The position numbers and the translations under genes were made by a program. This document shows, piece after piece, positions 41,793-55,721 of a stretch of DNA of 64,000 nucleotides. Within the stretch, counting starts at the first letter, position 1; each line of letters begins with the position of its first letter. Under the pieces are notes generated by a model. The model saw only the letters and a program-made list of their open reading frames with translations, searched no databases and was not told where the DNA came from. The DNA lies in assembly GCA_973895155.1 (NCBI GenBank), contig OZ316891.1:31875112-31939111 (forward strand). Reading direction: 5' to 3'. The DNA is from Marsupella aquatica (lineage: Eukaryota > Plantae > Marchantiophyta).

Positions 41793-44700
41793 AAGTAAGG
41801 ACTTCCCCCCAAAGGGTGGCAAGCCAAGCAAAGATGGATGGCAAAAGGGCATTAAGGTAAGTATCGCTCTAACCAAACCCTTAGTAGTTGACAAGGTCCC
41901 TATAGGGGATGTTCCTGCCGTAGAGAAGGTGTTGTTGCAAGAGAAAGTACCTAGTAAGGTTAAGACAATGGATCCTGAAAAGCTGATTTTTGTGAATGTC
42001 ACTTCTAACGGTAATCTAGGTGTTTCTTTGGTGGATACAGGCGCAACCACTTGCTTCATAAGTGGGCAGGCGGTGGCACGTCTGGGGTGGATGTGCAAGA
42101 ATTGCTACAACCGTTAGTGTGCAAGTTGCCAACAACTTTTAAGGGATATTGTCAAGAGTGGTACATAGAATTTGGGTAGAGGTCATAGGCGAACAACAAA
42201 ATTTTGTTAGTCAAGAGATGTTCTACGTTCTAGACAGGCTAGTCGTAGACTTCATTTTGCTGGTAGGTTATCTTAGAAAACACAATGTTACCTTGAAACC
42301 AGGGGATGAGGTGCTCAATTTTCCCAATAAGGGCGGTGAGCCCATCGTTGTACACAAAATTACAAAAAATAAAGAAAGATTTGTCAAAGTAAAGTGTCGT
42401 GGTTGTCTCTGTGTGTATCGGCAAAGCAATGGTGGAAAGACTTCAAGGGTGGACATGAAGGTTCTTCTTTCATCTCCACCTAGTTAAGGTTAAGATTAAC
42501 CTAGTTAAGGTTCATCAACACCACTGTTGCGCAGCCAAATTAAAGGTTAAGTGAGCTAAGATTGGGCCCGACTGCGGTCAAATTCCTGAGATTTTAGAGG
42601 AATTCAATGATGTGCTCTCGCAGAAGCTACGTAAAGGTTTACCCCTGCGGAGAGAAGTGGATCACCAAGTTGAGTTGGAGCCAGGTTCGGCTCCTCAGGC
42701 TCAAGCTCCTTATCGTCTGAACCTGAACAAACAATTGATGTTGAAGAACGCCTTGGAAGAGTTGATCAACCAAGGCTTCATTCATCCTAGTAAGAGTCCT
42801 TATGCGCCCATGCAATTGTGTCCAAAAAGGGTGGTACTTTGAGATTGTGCACAGGGTATCGGGCCCTCAATAAGCAAATAGTAAAGAACAAGTACCCGTT
42901 ACCTCATATGGATGATCTTTCCAATTGCTTCTCCAGGGCTAAGAAGTTTTCAAAGGTGCACTTGCGGTTTGGGTATTACCAGATCCGCATGCCTAAGGGA
43001 GACAAGTATAAGACCGCGATGCGCAGAAGGTTTGGAGCCTACAAATTTTAGGTTATGCCGTTTGGGTTGTGTAATGCAACCGCAACGTTCATGAAGATGA
43101 TGAATACCATCTTTCATGACTAGTTGGTCCAAGGAGTGGTCGTCTTTATTGACGACATCCTAATCTACTTGAAAACCTTGGAGGACATGAGCAGTTCTAG
43201 ACATGAGCAAGCCGGACATAAAGCAATTGGTTCTTTGCCACGAGCAAAGTTGTTACTTGTGCTAAAAGAACCACATGGTCTATAGGGCAAAAGGAGGACT
43301 TTTGCAACCCTTACCAGTATTCGCGGCTCCATGGGAGTCCATCTCCATGGACTTCATTGTGGGGTTATCTGATTCCCACGGTAGTAACTTCATCTTAACA
43401 ATCGTGGATCATTTTTCCAAGATGACATATTTCTTGCCGACTACAAATAGTTTCAGCCTAAAAGGTTGTTAGTGTAGTCTTTGACAATGTCTTTCGACAA
43501 TGGGATTGCTCTTGCATATCCTGTCCGATTGCGATACCAAGTTCACAAGCCATTTTTGGAAAGCGTTGTTCTAGTTATCCAAAATAGACCTTACCAAAGG
43601 ATCAGTGTCTCATCATGAGACGGATGGCCAAATGGAACAAGTGAATGATATCGTGGAGGACTTGTCTCACTTTGTGACGGCCAATCAAAAGGATTGGGCA
43701 AAGCACTTAACAATGGTCGAGTTTAGGTATAACTCGACCAAGCATTCGGCAACGGGGTTTGCGTTGTTTGTGTTGGCCTTAGGGAGGATGCCCTTGGTTC
43801 ATAAATCCAGAAGCTTGGTGGATAAAAAACAAGGTTCCTTTTGTAGACAATTTTGTTTGAGAGCGACGCCTAGTTGCGGAAGCGGCTACCAAGGGTATGA
43901 CCCTTGCCCAACGTCAGTACAAGGAGCAAGGGGATAAACATTGATGCCAGGTAAGCTTTGAAATTGGGGAGAGCGTCTGGTTGCAATTGAGACCTGATTA
44001 ATACCATGAGAACATAACTAGGAAGTTGGCTCCCAGATATGTGGGGCAATCGCGAAACTCAACTACCTGAACACCTAGCTCCAACGTTGCTGACTCCGAC
44101 GCCGAGCTCTTTTATGGTCCAGGCCCGGATAGGCCATCCGGGGAGAACTTAGCATGGGGAGACTTGTGGGCATTGGGAAGTGGCACTCGTAGAGGCAAGG
44201 CGCCAAGCTGGTGACATGCACTAACGACCTTGACTGGCTTGGCGCTGGTCGGGTCAAGGAGAATACGGGCTGGGCTCAAGGTCGATCATTTGGACCCCGG
44301 ACATACTTTGAGTTATGAGGGCTTGAGTGTGAGCTCCTCTTGGGCCCAAGGCCAATGGAGTTGACTCCATAGTAAGCGGACACTTGGGGCGCAAGTTATG
44401 CCCCAATCTGGGTTGGGCTGATCGGGGCCCCTGAGTGGCAATGAGACCTGAGGGCCTAGGCATGAGCACTGGGTTGGCCCAGTCACAACGGGCTAAGGCA
44501 CTCCATTTGCAGATGCCGAACAAGAGAGTTATGGGCGTTGTCAGTTGGTGGCGCGCCCATTATGCGAAATAGGATTCTGGTTGTAGGCCAAATATTGAGG
44601 ACCAAAGCTGGTCCGGGGGTGGCAGGTCTCCAGAAGCATAAATGAGGGGAGTGGGGTCTCCTTGGGGGCCAAGGGCGAGCCCAAGTTGTGAGCCGCGGCG

Positions 44701-45486
44701 GTCGCGACACCAAGGAGAGGCGCCAAACAGAAATGACAATATCTTCCCAACGGGAAGTCCGTTGGAGGACTTATTGAGTTCGTTGGAAAGCTCCTGAGGA
44801 GGGCTACGTCCTCTTGAGCTCATCTGGGTCTGGGGGTGCCATGGGTTCTCGTGGACAGCGGGTGTTAGTTTGCCCGCTTGCCAAATCTCGTCGAATAGCA
44901 GCCAAGCCGTGTTCAGTCTCCCAAGGGAGCTTGCGTTGGGGAGGCAAGGCCAAGTAGGTGGGAGGTTGAGGCCCAAGGGTGTTTGGTCCCTAGACTATCA
45001 GTGGGGCAAACTGTGAGTTGGTTGCTAGCGTTGGGGCCATTTTGGTCCCGGCGTGTTGGGACAAACTTGAGACAAGCTTTGGGACAAGCTACGCTTATTT
45101 GGGCCATGAGCATGTCCTGAGGTCAGGGCGGTCAGTTGGTGATGGATAGGTACAAGGGGGAACCCGGGCCGCGCCCAAGGAAGGAGCTGTTCTGGACAAA
45201 CAGTGGGCGTGGGTTCTGGTTCCGGCTTATGGCATCGGGAGGACCTATCACTGACGTATTTACCAACGTCTGTTGAGCTTGAGTTAGGATGCTAGACTTG
45301 GCGGGTTCTAGATCCTGAAGGGTTACTTACCGAGGTGCTTGGTTGCTTGTGCAGACTGTGAGGACCGTTGAGTAGCGGTCGTGTTAGAGAGCAAGTGTGG
45401 CTTCGTATGGGAGGGGCTATGGGTGGTGCAAGGGGCACTAAGGTGCTTGCTCGAGGTATTATGTGGAGGCGTTCGGGCACCAGGGG
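41793..45486 (+). mobile_element. Ty3/gypsy copy 2 (same family as copy 1), degenerate: protease, RT, integrase, partial 3' LTR
   Basis: KVSIALT..VDTGAT matches 7767-8975. Also NKYPLP, FIDDIL, PWESISMDFIVGL and KLAPRYVG. RNase H is deleted near 43200. LTR at 44050-45486. Confidence 0.9.
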
Positions 45487-45489
45487 TTA

Positions 45490-45600
45490 TTCACTAATTA
45501 CAGTGTAATAGTTGCACCAACTATAGTGTAATAGTTTCACTAACTGCAATGTAATAGTTTCATCAACTATAGTGTAGTAGTTCCACCAACTATAAATAGT
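45490..45600 (+). repeat. About 22-bp tandem repeat
   Basis: cac.aact..agtgtaatagtt repeated 4-5 times. Confidence 0.75.
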
Positions 45601-46149
45601 ACTAGCACATTTATAGGTACTTGATGTTTGTCACTTGGTTTCCATCCAAGGGCCAAGACATTGATCCATGTCCTCTTGGAAAGCACAAAAGTAACACGAT
45701 AAATAAAGTAAAAAGAAGCACATTCTCCTCATTCTCATTGTTTGATCAATTGTGTTATCGTAATGCTGTAAGGAGCTCTTTCCCTATATATATTATCCGT
45801 GCACTCCGCATGCAATGTGCACGGCCGCCCGACCGGTTTTTGCACCCAATACAAGGCTAGTGCACGGCCGGCCCCCAGCAATGCACGGCCGGATTTTGCA
45901 CTAAGCAGACCACAACTGCACAATGAAGCCGGATCTCAACCAACTACTAAACCCACTGTGACCCACGCGACCAGCCCTCTGCAACCATGCCCATTTGTGG
46001 CACAGACCCATATACCCAAACCCTCAGCCGTGCGCATGCACCGTATAATACAGCCGATCACAGTCTAGTATATAAGCCCTATATTACATAGTCACCATTT
46101 CTCTAGCTTGACCTCATACCAAGACCCGGGGGGCACAGGGGAAAAAAAA

Positions 46150-46415
46150 TTGCACCCCATGTTTTCTGTTTTTGGGGTACTTGTCAAAAAAATGTGCTAT
46201 CTGAGCACGTAAAATCCAGATGTTTCAATTTTGGGGGGAACTTGTCAAAAAAATGTGCTATCTCAAGCACGCACATCCATGTTTACTGTTTTGGGGGTAC
46301 TTTTCCAAAAATGTGCTATCTGAGCACGTAAAACCCAGAGTTTTCAATTTTGGGGGAACTTGTCAAAAAATGTGTGCTATCTGAGCATGCAATCCATGTT
46401 TCTATTTTTTGGGGT
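46150..46415 (+). repeat. About 60-bp tandem repeat
   Basis: ttttggggg.acttgtcaaaaaaatgtgctatctgagcac repeated 4 times. Confidence 0.85.
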
Positions 46416-46650
46416 GCGTGTGCACTGAACATGCGAGGCAATTTAGAGGTGAACAGTTGTGGGTATCGGGAGCATGTTCAGAACGCAAAACCAGGGGTGC
46501 TTCCAGGAGGCGAGCATTTTAGGGGCCAAAAATTCAAAACATGTCAGGTTGCTGTGAATCAGATTTATCCTGATTCCATGCAGCCCAGCTCGGAACGGCC
46601 GATGATACCGTCTTACCTGTGCCGAAGGCTGAAGAGAACTGGGCGCGGCG

Positions 46651-47157
46651 TGTGCATCCAATATACGTTTCCTCTGTGGATTCTGCCCTGACATCATGCG
46701 CGTATCACGTTTAGTTTGGATACCTTCCGTGGTGAGAGGAGTATGGGAACATTGCCAGGGCCGAGCGCCAACAGAGTATCTGTGAACAATTGAACGAGGA
46801 TCTCTTAACTATCTTGTCGTACGTTGCTCTCATAGCTGATGATACAGTCTTACATTGCGTAGAACTCATACTAAATATACAGGGGCGCGAATGCCAGGAA
46901 TTCATGGCTTGGGGGCAGCAGATGGTAGTTTACAGTTTCCATGACCCAGGCTTTACATTCTTGGAATTTTATACGTGTGTTGCCCGAAGCATAAGCTAAT
47001 GGAACACGTAATGCTTATGCAGATGAACGGGACTTTCCAAATGTGAGACCCACAGGATTCGAGGCAAACAAAACGCTCCCCGTTTCGGGAAAGAGCAATG
47101 CTCGATCTCCGATCAGAAGCAGATGCATTCACTAAATAGGCAGATACTTGATGCACG
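46651..47157 (-). repeat. 3' LTR (507 bp) of a third LTR retroelement
   Basis: Terminal inverted repeat TGTGCATC..GATGCAC(G). A polypurine tract AGGAAGATAGGGGGGG lies immediately upstream on the minus strand (47161-47176). Confidence 0.6.
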
Positions 47158-47481
47158 TAACCCCCCCTATCTTCCTAGTTTGGTTTAAATACCATTGTGT
47201 GTTATATAGTGTAGTGTAGTGTAGTGTAACCAAATCCAAATCCAAATGCCGGAACGATACAGAGAGGATGATCCCTGCACCCTCCACCTCGGTCGCACTC
47301 CGACGAATCAATGGCAGTCTTCCGTGCGTACCCCACAGGTTTAGGTGTGGATGGCCCGGGGTTCCTTCGACTGGGACGTGCCATTAGTCGACTGTACCGG
47401 TCCTGTGCTAGACTTATTTAATAAGCTGTCCGTTGACAGACTCGGCCTTCATGTCGGCGATGCCGAGCTTTCCCCGTGTAC

Positions 47482-50400
47482 CTACGTTTGATGCCAGGAC
47501 TTACCGTTGTCCAATGCCGATGCCGATGCAGGTTGGGTACGATTGGGCGTCGATTGTGCTGGTGCCGTCGATAGGGGTGGCTTTACAGGACGTTCCTTCT
47601 TTGCCCGTGACATCTCCAGGAGCCGATTGATCTCCGCCAACTGCCTTTTCGTCTGGGCCTTTAGAAGTTTGTTGACACCTTGTAATCGTTCGGCCTCATC
47701 CCCCGCGGAATCCCGCTGTTGTCGGGCTTCCTCCAAGTCTGTCGCCAGAGCTGCGATCTCCGATCTAAACCCTGCCACCTTCTGAAGGTGAAATTCGGCT
47801 CTCTCTTTCTCGGCCCCCAGTTCCTCCGCTTTAGCCCGGATGTCATCCAACCTCTGAACTGACACGGACTTTGCCTCCGCCAGCTCCTTTGCTGCTTGCG
47901 TTTGTAGGTCCACATATCGTTGATCTCTCGTTTGTTGCAATTTCTCCAGGTCCCCACTTATTCCGACGGTCTTCTCTCTTTTTGTAAGTAGTGGGTAATT
48001 CCAAAAGCATGAAGAAACTGAAAATTTTTAAATTTTTTACGGTGTTTAGACTGCAATTATTGCTAATTGTAACTAAAACAGCATTCAAAGTTACTAAGTT
48101 CCTAAGTTACGAGTAAACTCAGTTTACGAGTTTACTAGTTCACTGCTTTACGAGTTACACCTTAAGATTTGGCGACTCTGTGATCGTGACATCTTACAAC
48201 TAGTTCAACGGGACTCCACAACGGATGAAGAGCTCACCTTGAAAGGGAAGGAATGCAAGACATAGGCGCTCATTATTGACTTCTCTTCCACCTTACCTCT
48301 CAAACTCTGCCCAGCTTCAACCGGTATTTCAGAGATGTCAAATGGAGACTTCGACCCTTCTATTCCAGGATGATGAGTAGTGATGAGTTCCTGTTTCATT
48401 ATCCTCAAGTGTATGCTGCTACCTGCAACAACTATGATGTGATCGGGATATACAGAGAAGCTCTTCGTATAAATTCCTGTTATTTGATGAAGCGAATGCC
48501 TTTGATGTATCCTGAGAGACAACTGAGGTGCCTACCCTACTCTCGAGGATCACCACGTCAGACTGAGCTGATGGAGGTAACACAGAATCGGACTGTCACC
48601 TACGTGGAACTGCTCGAACCCGATGATATTCGACAACAAGCTTGAAGGAGACTATTTTTTTAGCTAGTATTGAAAAGTATAGTACTTTTACCAATTTTTC
48701 TAAATGTGTTGTAGAGCTTTAAAAGCTATGAGACTTCTTTAGGCTGTAGTCTGTACCTAGGAAACCCTGCTGGAAAAATTTCAGAGTTTTCCGAACCAGG
48801 AGTAGAAAGTTAAAAATAGTTGAATCTACTCAATTTTTAGTATACCGAAATTAAGAGTTTAAGAGTTTAAGTTTTTACGTTTTTAAGAGTTTAAGTTTTT
48901 AAGAGTTTAAGAGTTCATACTTAGCCATTTTTTCCGGCTTTCCACTTATTGAATCGTCGTTTTGACTTTTTGAGGGTTATGAAGAGGCATGTCTCTTCGA
49001 CCCTGTGACCTCTTATTCTGTAGTTCATCACTATTTATACCTCTTCCCCTAGTGTAGAGAGATGGTTAAGTTCTGCATTTTTGCCTCCCTTTTGTTAAGT
49101 CTATTGATTCTGAACCTACGAGTTCTAAATCAGACTTAATATTTGGAGAGACTTACCTCCTTCTTGTATTTTGGAACCCAAATACTTGAAGTAAAACCTC
49201 AGTTATGAATCTCGTGAATTATAATGTCAGATTCCGCTTTGGTGACACATTGTAATCTCACAAGTTCTTAGAGTTAACTCATTGAGTTTAAGTTGCATTG
49301 GAAATGATGTTTTCACCTTCATGTTGCTTAGTACCATCTAAATGCTGAAGTATTTATCCTTTTAGATCTTGACTAAGTATCACTTAGGAAGAAAGGTCAA
49401 GACATGTTGCCGGCATTTTAAAAGGATACTCTAGTATGCAGTTTAGATCTGAAAAGCCGTGTGGATTTGGATTCCCTTAAAGTCATTCCATTATTACTTA
49501 TGTCTAAGGAGTAACCTTGGTCTATTCCAGACTCCCTTAAGCATACTCTGAGAGATTTTTCCTTGTGTTTTGTTAATTGCAATCTTTTGCTTAATTGAAG
49601 GGTATCTGATGTTGAGTTATCATCAAAAACTACTCACCGCTGTGGAGCGATCTTCAAAGTACCTGATTAAAGTAGTCAAGATTGATTACTATGTGTGACA
49701 CAAGAGCTTAAAGCTTTGTTTTTAGTTTATTACATCAAACCAACCCCATCTTGTTCTTAAAGGGAACGAATACCGAGTTTGGAGACTTTAAAATGTGATT
49801 TTTGGTTCTCTATGGCAAACTACACTTTTTGCGTCCAACTCCTTATTGTGACTCTCCATGAGATTGGCGACTTGATGAACAAAACTTTCCTTCAAACTCT
49901 TCACCGAATCTTCATGTAGTCGTTGTTCGTCCTGCATCATCCGGTTAACATCGTGTTGCTCAGCGACTTGGCGTTTTATCTCTTGCACCGAACCATGTAA
50001 GTCTGCCAATTTGTGTTCCATCTCCGCACTGTGGGCGGACTTCCGTCACTCGGCCTCTAACACCTTGGCGCTCTTGTCCCTTTCCGCCTGTAACTCCTTC
50101 CGGTGAACCTCCATAACATGGGCTTTCATGTGCTCTTCGTGCAACGCTTGCTGATGTGCTATCTCCAAACTTTGCTTCAGGTGCAAAATGTCTTCCGCAT
50201 CTTGCTTGTGTGCATCACTGATCGAATTGAGCTCGTGATTGAGGTCGTGTAGGACCGCCTGCATATTTCCCATCCCGGCCTGCTTTGCATCCATTTCTCG
50301 AAGCCTCCGGATGACCTCCGCCTTCATGAGTTTCTCGACCTCCAACTTGGACAAAATGTTCTGGCACTGGGCATTTCGCTGCCAGAGGAGCGGCCTGGCG

Positions 50401-52355
50401 TCCATGTGACGATGCAAAATTTTGATTAGAAGCTTGCCTACCTCGTCAGCACAATACTTGGAAAGCTCGACGGCATAAGCGGACCTTGGCTCATCCGTAT
50501 GAACTGGACGCCAAACTTTCGTGTCCTGCTGGCAGCTCATTTTCTCGTAGTAGTCCAAATCCTGAATTGGTTGCTGGGCGTTTAGGATTTTCTCTTGAAT
50601 AAATGCCGGCCAGGGACCGCCGGGAATGTCGTGCTCCTGGGACATGTCTTCATCCGGGGGCAATTGGTGAGCTTATGCGTTTGTGAATAGTGACTGTTGG
50701 GGAGCTATCATCAGTGTTGATTCCGGTAATATTGTCATCACCTCCGTTTGCCCCACGCTCCCCACCGGCCGGTCTTGACCGAGCACCCCTGACTCTCCAG
50801 GCAGGCAACACCCTTCTGCAATGGTCTATTGTGTGTCTATGCCGGGGCCCTCAAAACCATGGCCTGGGCCTGGAGCCTCGTCGGGTGCAAGGGGTTGCTG
50901 GTTTTCGCAGCGGTGAATGTTGGCCGTAGTGGAGGCCAACGGGTGTATCGACTCCCCGTCCACCGCTCAAGTTGCTGTACCCTCTCTGCACTCACTTGCC
51001 ACTGTTGCAGCACCCTCTGCTTCGTGCCGAACACCATTTCCGGAGTCGGAATGGTTGTCCTGGAACTTCCCCGAAGTCTTTCCGCTCTGTTGAATTTCGG
51101 CCGTAGTGGAGGCCAACTGCTTTAGAGACTCCCTGCCCATAGGTCGGGTTGATATACCTTCTTTGCGCTCCCTCGCTACCACCACAGCACTCTCCGCTTC
51201 ACGCCGAACGCCATTTCCGAAGTTGGCATGGGTGTCTTGGAACTCCCCCGAAGTCTTAGTCAGGTTTGTCGCCGTGGGACGTAATGATTCCTGACCGTCT
51301 GGTTTGCCATCCGATCCCGAACTGGGAACCCTTGTCGCTGGATCCTCCACAACATCCCCCATTCCCAGCAGTAAAGGCTCCTGATTGCACAACAGCCCCA
51401 TCTGCACCTTGTCTTGGGGAGCTTTGCCGACCCCGCCATCAGTATGGGGACCGGCTGATGCGAACAGAAGTCTCCGCGCGTACCTATATATGATTGGTAA
51501 GTGATATGCTAACTTTGATGATGAGGAGGTCTGTAAGTTTTCTCTGGAAAAATCAAGGTTACCCAAAAGCTTTTTATACAGAAACCCACAGTAGTTTAGG
51601 TTCGGTCCGAGAGTCTGCAACAACCAACAGTGGCGCTTCGGTATTTCTTCATCGGGATCGGTCATCCAAAGTGCCACCCTCAAGAATTCCAAGAGCTCCA
51701 GCTGATGTTTGCTGGTGCACTGGTTCTTCAGGAACCCAGTTGTGGTGGGTGCTCCTCTGAAATAGGTCCACTGGTGATCACGTATGTACACCCTCCCTTG
51801 GATCGCTCCCGGTCGACCTCTGGGCAAGCGGAAAACCTCGGAGACAACCTGCTCATCAAATTGGAATTCCCTATCACTGATGCACCCAACCTTCCGCTTG
51901 GGGTCCCAAGTCCCCACAAAGTCCCGCATCTCCTGTTCTGACACATCGTCCGAATGCAACCACGGCAGGTTTATGAAGGCGGAGAGGCCTATGTTGTCCG
52001 TTGAAGTGTCATATCGATTGGTATCAATGTTGGCGAATGCTTCGTCCTCGATCTTTGGGAACCTTAGCTCTAGGTTTGTTGGCAGTGTTCCATTCCACCC
52101 CTGCGAATCACAATGTGTTGGTGGAGATGCAGCAGCCTGTGCGTCAAACGGCGGCTCCTCTTCTCTGCCCTCAAGTGCCGCAACCCCGCTGGGTGTGGTC
52201 CGGGTCCTCTTCTTGTGTGCCACTCCAGGGGTTTCTTGATTGTCCTCCTCAGTGGACGTTGCTGTTGCATCTGTTGCCAATTTCCTCTTCATCGGGGGCT
52301 CCGGTGCCATGGTAAGGCTCTGCAGGTTCCAGTGTGATAAAAATTGCCCGCACAA
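47482..52355 (-). pseudogene. Retroelement extra ORF (helical accessory domain + long coiled coil), frameshifted and interrupted
   Basis: ORFs 50967-52355, 50046-50663, 49788-50021 and 47482-47940. Removing 47983-49824 and one TSD fuses ..ELDAK-REKTVGISGDLEKLQQTRDQ in frame. Motifs NLPW, EVFRLP, TGFLKNQCT and LLEFL. Confidence 0.75.
47983..49824 (+). mobile_element. Internally deleted copy (1.84 kb) of the TG...CA ORF-bearing element
   Basis: Same termini TGTAAGTAGT...CAAACTACA, TSD CTTTT (47978-47982, 49825-49829). Retains only the ORF C-terminus (48370-48645). Confidence 0.92.
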
Positions 52356-52449
52356 ACTTCAATTACGCTTTCAAAAACCCTTTTAAATAACCCTAAATGT
52401 TTTGTCGACCAAGATGTGCTTATCGCCGCGCCTTGGAGCCCCAAAACGA

Positions 52450-52770
52450 GTGAGAGAATGATAGTCCCTTCTACTCACTCTTGTCAAACCTTGCTTGCGC
52501 ATCACCCTGAAAGAGCGCGATAGAATCACAATCCCTTCTACTCACTCTGTTGAACCTCGGATGCCCACAACCCTGAAAGAGCACGAGAGAATCATAGTCC
52601 CTTCTTCTCACTCTATCAAACCTCGGATGCCCACAACCCTGAAAGAGCACGACAAAATGATAGTCCCATCTCCTCACTCTTGTCGAAACTCGGCCCACAG
52701 CCCACAAAGAGCGAGAGAGATTGATAGTCCCAGCTCCTCACTCTAGACGAACCTCGCTTGCCCACAAACC
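52450..52770 (+). repeat. About 59-bp tandem repeat (5 copies) upstream of the extra ORF
   Basis: gagaatcatagtcccttct.ctcactct.t..aacctcggatgcccacaaccctgaaagagcac units. Confidence 0.85.
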
Positions 52771-54260
52771 CTACTTACGACTACGACTACGACTACTTAC
52801 ATTATTTTAGCCGTTGGTGATAGACGACTTAATCCGGCCATGACCCTCAAAGGTTGTTATGATTGAGAGTACAAACATATCATTTGTGAAATGCCGATAG
52901 CCATCTACAATTATAATAAGGGATCCCGCCTTTTTTTCGTCCTTGGTCACCATACAAAAAAGCTTATGGGCGGGAAAGATCCAGTAATGTTTTCTAAATA
53001 AATCAAGATATTGAAAAATATTGATAATTAGGGGTGACAATGTTATTGGTGGTAACCCTAAACTGGACCCACTCCAAAATTTGGCAGACTACCAACGACA
53101 TCTCTTTGTGTGGATGTTCTTAGAAAGTTTCTTTATGTTTTAGCGTGTCAGTCTGTTTGAAAGGAGGTTGACAGATTGATAACATGGCGGGAATGGATTT
53201 GCCAGCATAGCTGGATTTGCTAGAGCAAGGGAAAGAGAACCAAGACTATGTCAAAATATTTTAGGGTAATTAATTTGCATCTCCTTTGGCTTATCCTCGC
53301 TACATTTCACGAAATGATAAATGAAGACCCAAAAAATGTGGGGATTGGAACACGGGGCACATCTGGGAATTTGATAAAGCCAAGCAAAGATTGGTTTTTT
53401 CGCCATTGGCAAGGGTGGCAAGGGATTCTGTAGCTGAGGTGAACAATTTTGTTGACAGACATGGCATGTCTTAATATGCACAAAATTCAATGATAAGCAC
53501 CGATTTGCCTCTATGTCAACTTACACCTGAGCTTCAGAATATCATAGCAAAGTATCGAGTGAATTTTGAAGGGAGTCAAGATGACCTTGACAATGATGCT
53601 ACTGTTGGTGAACCAGGTGAAGAGCCAGCTCAACCCACTTCTCAATGTTTTCTCAATGTTTGTGTGAGTAAGAAGTTTTGTAAACTGTAATCAAATATTG
53701 TGCACAGTTTCTAATTTTTTATAAGCACACTTTGATTATTGTCCATTCCATTTATTTGACTTGTGACCACAATTAGTGTCATACCATATTAATGTCACAC
53801 ACCCTAATTACCGTCACTTACCTCAACTAGTCAAATGTAACCTCACATTAATTAGAGTGTGTGAGACTAAATACTCTAAGGAGTGTAGTGGAAAGAAAGA
53901 AAGAAAGAAAGAAAGAATGAAAAAACTGCACAACTTTCCAAAAGCGAGAAAGGTACAATACTTTAAGACAAGTGCATTAATTTCAAGGAACTTTATGATT
54001 GAAAGAGAAGTGCTTGAACTTTGTGCTTTCCTAATTTTCTACTCAAATTGGCGCTCTCTATTTAGGTGACACCTGTCGATCAATAAACCATGAACAATGT
54101 AAATTTTATATCCAGTGGCATATAATGTGCACTCATCAGTAAATAGAAGAATAGTTGCTTGGTTGAAGGGTCGAACCTTCTCATGCAAGTAAGAAAATAT
54201 GCCCCTCAAAATGATAAGTATAATATAGCGGACCTATATATATTATCGGCAAATTAAAAC

Positions 54261-54850
54261 TTTAGGGTTTAGGGTTTAGGGGTGGACATGGCCAAAGCAT
54301 GGACTAGGCCGGATTAACATAATAATATATTTCAATTCAATGAGACCAAAGAATGTCCCTACCTAAATACCTTATATATGTATATATATATATCTCTCCA
54401 AACCATCGACGACATAGATTTCAAATTTCCATCTCATCCCTTGATAAAACCTTTCATTATTATAATTGCAGGAGAAGCTTTTTGATGGAGGTTTTTCAAT
54501 GAGCCTAGCATTTCAATGAAGCGTTTCAGAGGTGACGGATTTTCTGAATCATTGTACTCTTCTTTGAAAGCATAAAAGTGTTTAGGGTTTAGGGTTAAGA
54601 GATTGATTTCAAATTTCCCACTCTCTCTCTCTCTCGCTCGCAATGAGCCAATCGTTCGGGGATGTATGGTTGTATGGTTTAGGGTAACATCAACTGCCAA
54701 GGGTTTAGGGTTTAATCAATGGTTTGGGCTTTAGGGTTTGAGATTTTCCCTGCAGTTTTCATTTTTGTAGGTTTTTGATTACCATTAGTCAGATGAATTT
54801 CGGCCGTTTTACGACTACTTTAGCTGGTTTAGGGTTTAGGGTTTAGGGTT
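54261..54850 (+). repeat. Cluster of interstitial TTTAGGG telomere-like repeats
   Basis: Several (TTTAGGG)1-3 runs at about 54262, 54581, 54679, 54704 and 54828. Confidence 0.8.
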
Positions 54851-55721
54851 GGGTACGGGTATTTTACCTTGCGTTGCATTAAACATGATGGGGGTCCCTG
54901 AAAGAAGGAGCTTGCCATGGGGGTCCGTCAAGAAATTCATAAACTCTCAAGCATCCTCATACTAAACCAATGGAATGTCCAACCCGCCCTACACGACTCC
55001 CGCGCAGAGCTTTGGTTGATGACTACTATAGTCCTGTTCTGGTTCACTACCAACATCCATGTCCTATGGGTTTTCCGGTGACAAAATGGACCGTAAATGG
55101 CTGTGTTTCAGCCGGCTTAGACTTTGGGGCAAACCACTTGCTATACGCCCTCTGTTTTGTGCCACGTTTTCATCGTTGTTGAGCACCCCCGAGTCCCCAC
55201 TTTTATACCGGCGGTGTGACGGATCCACAATGTGTCGAGGTTTGTAGAGAGCATTGACAATTGCTTGACATTGAATTGGGCATCGCCCTTCTTCGCAGCC
55301 CTCTCACGGAGCCTCCCGCCGTTGCAGCGGAACGACCCCATGGCCTGCATCACAATTATCTGTAACGTCCTTTTGTAAAGCGTTTTTCCACCTCTTCCCC
55401 ACCATCTTTCATTGGTATGTTTGCGTCAATAGTGCACAGTAGAAGATTGGTAAGAACTCCATAAACAAGACAATTAGGAATTAGCAGGTGAATGTCCAAA
55501 TGGGCCTCGTTCTGGATGCATGTTCACGATGAGTACTTTTAAGATGCTTTGAGGGGTAACGAGAATCACAATAGCCAAAGGCGATCGTTATACATGAAAA
55601 CTGGGAGGAGAAATCACAAATGTCCATACGGTGAGTGCACTATAGACGCGGCAATCGTGATCATGGAAAAACAAGCACATGGACGATGGCTTCAAATAAA
55701 CTTTCCACTAATATAGAAGCA

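Noticed and set aside
54261-54850. True telomere or chromosome end
   Set aside because: Only short, dispersed interstitial runs are present.
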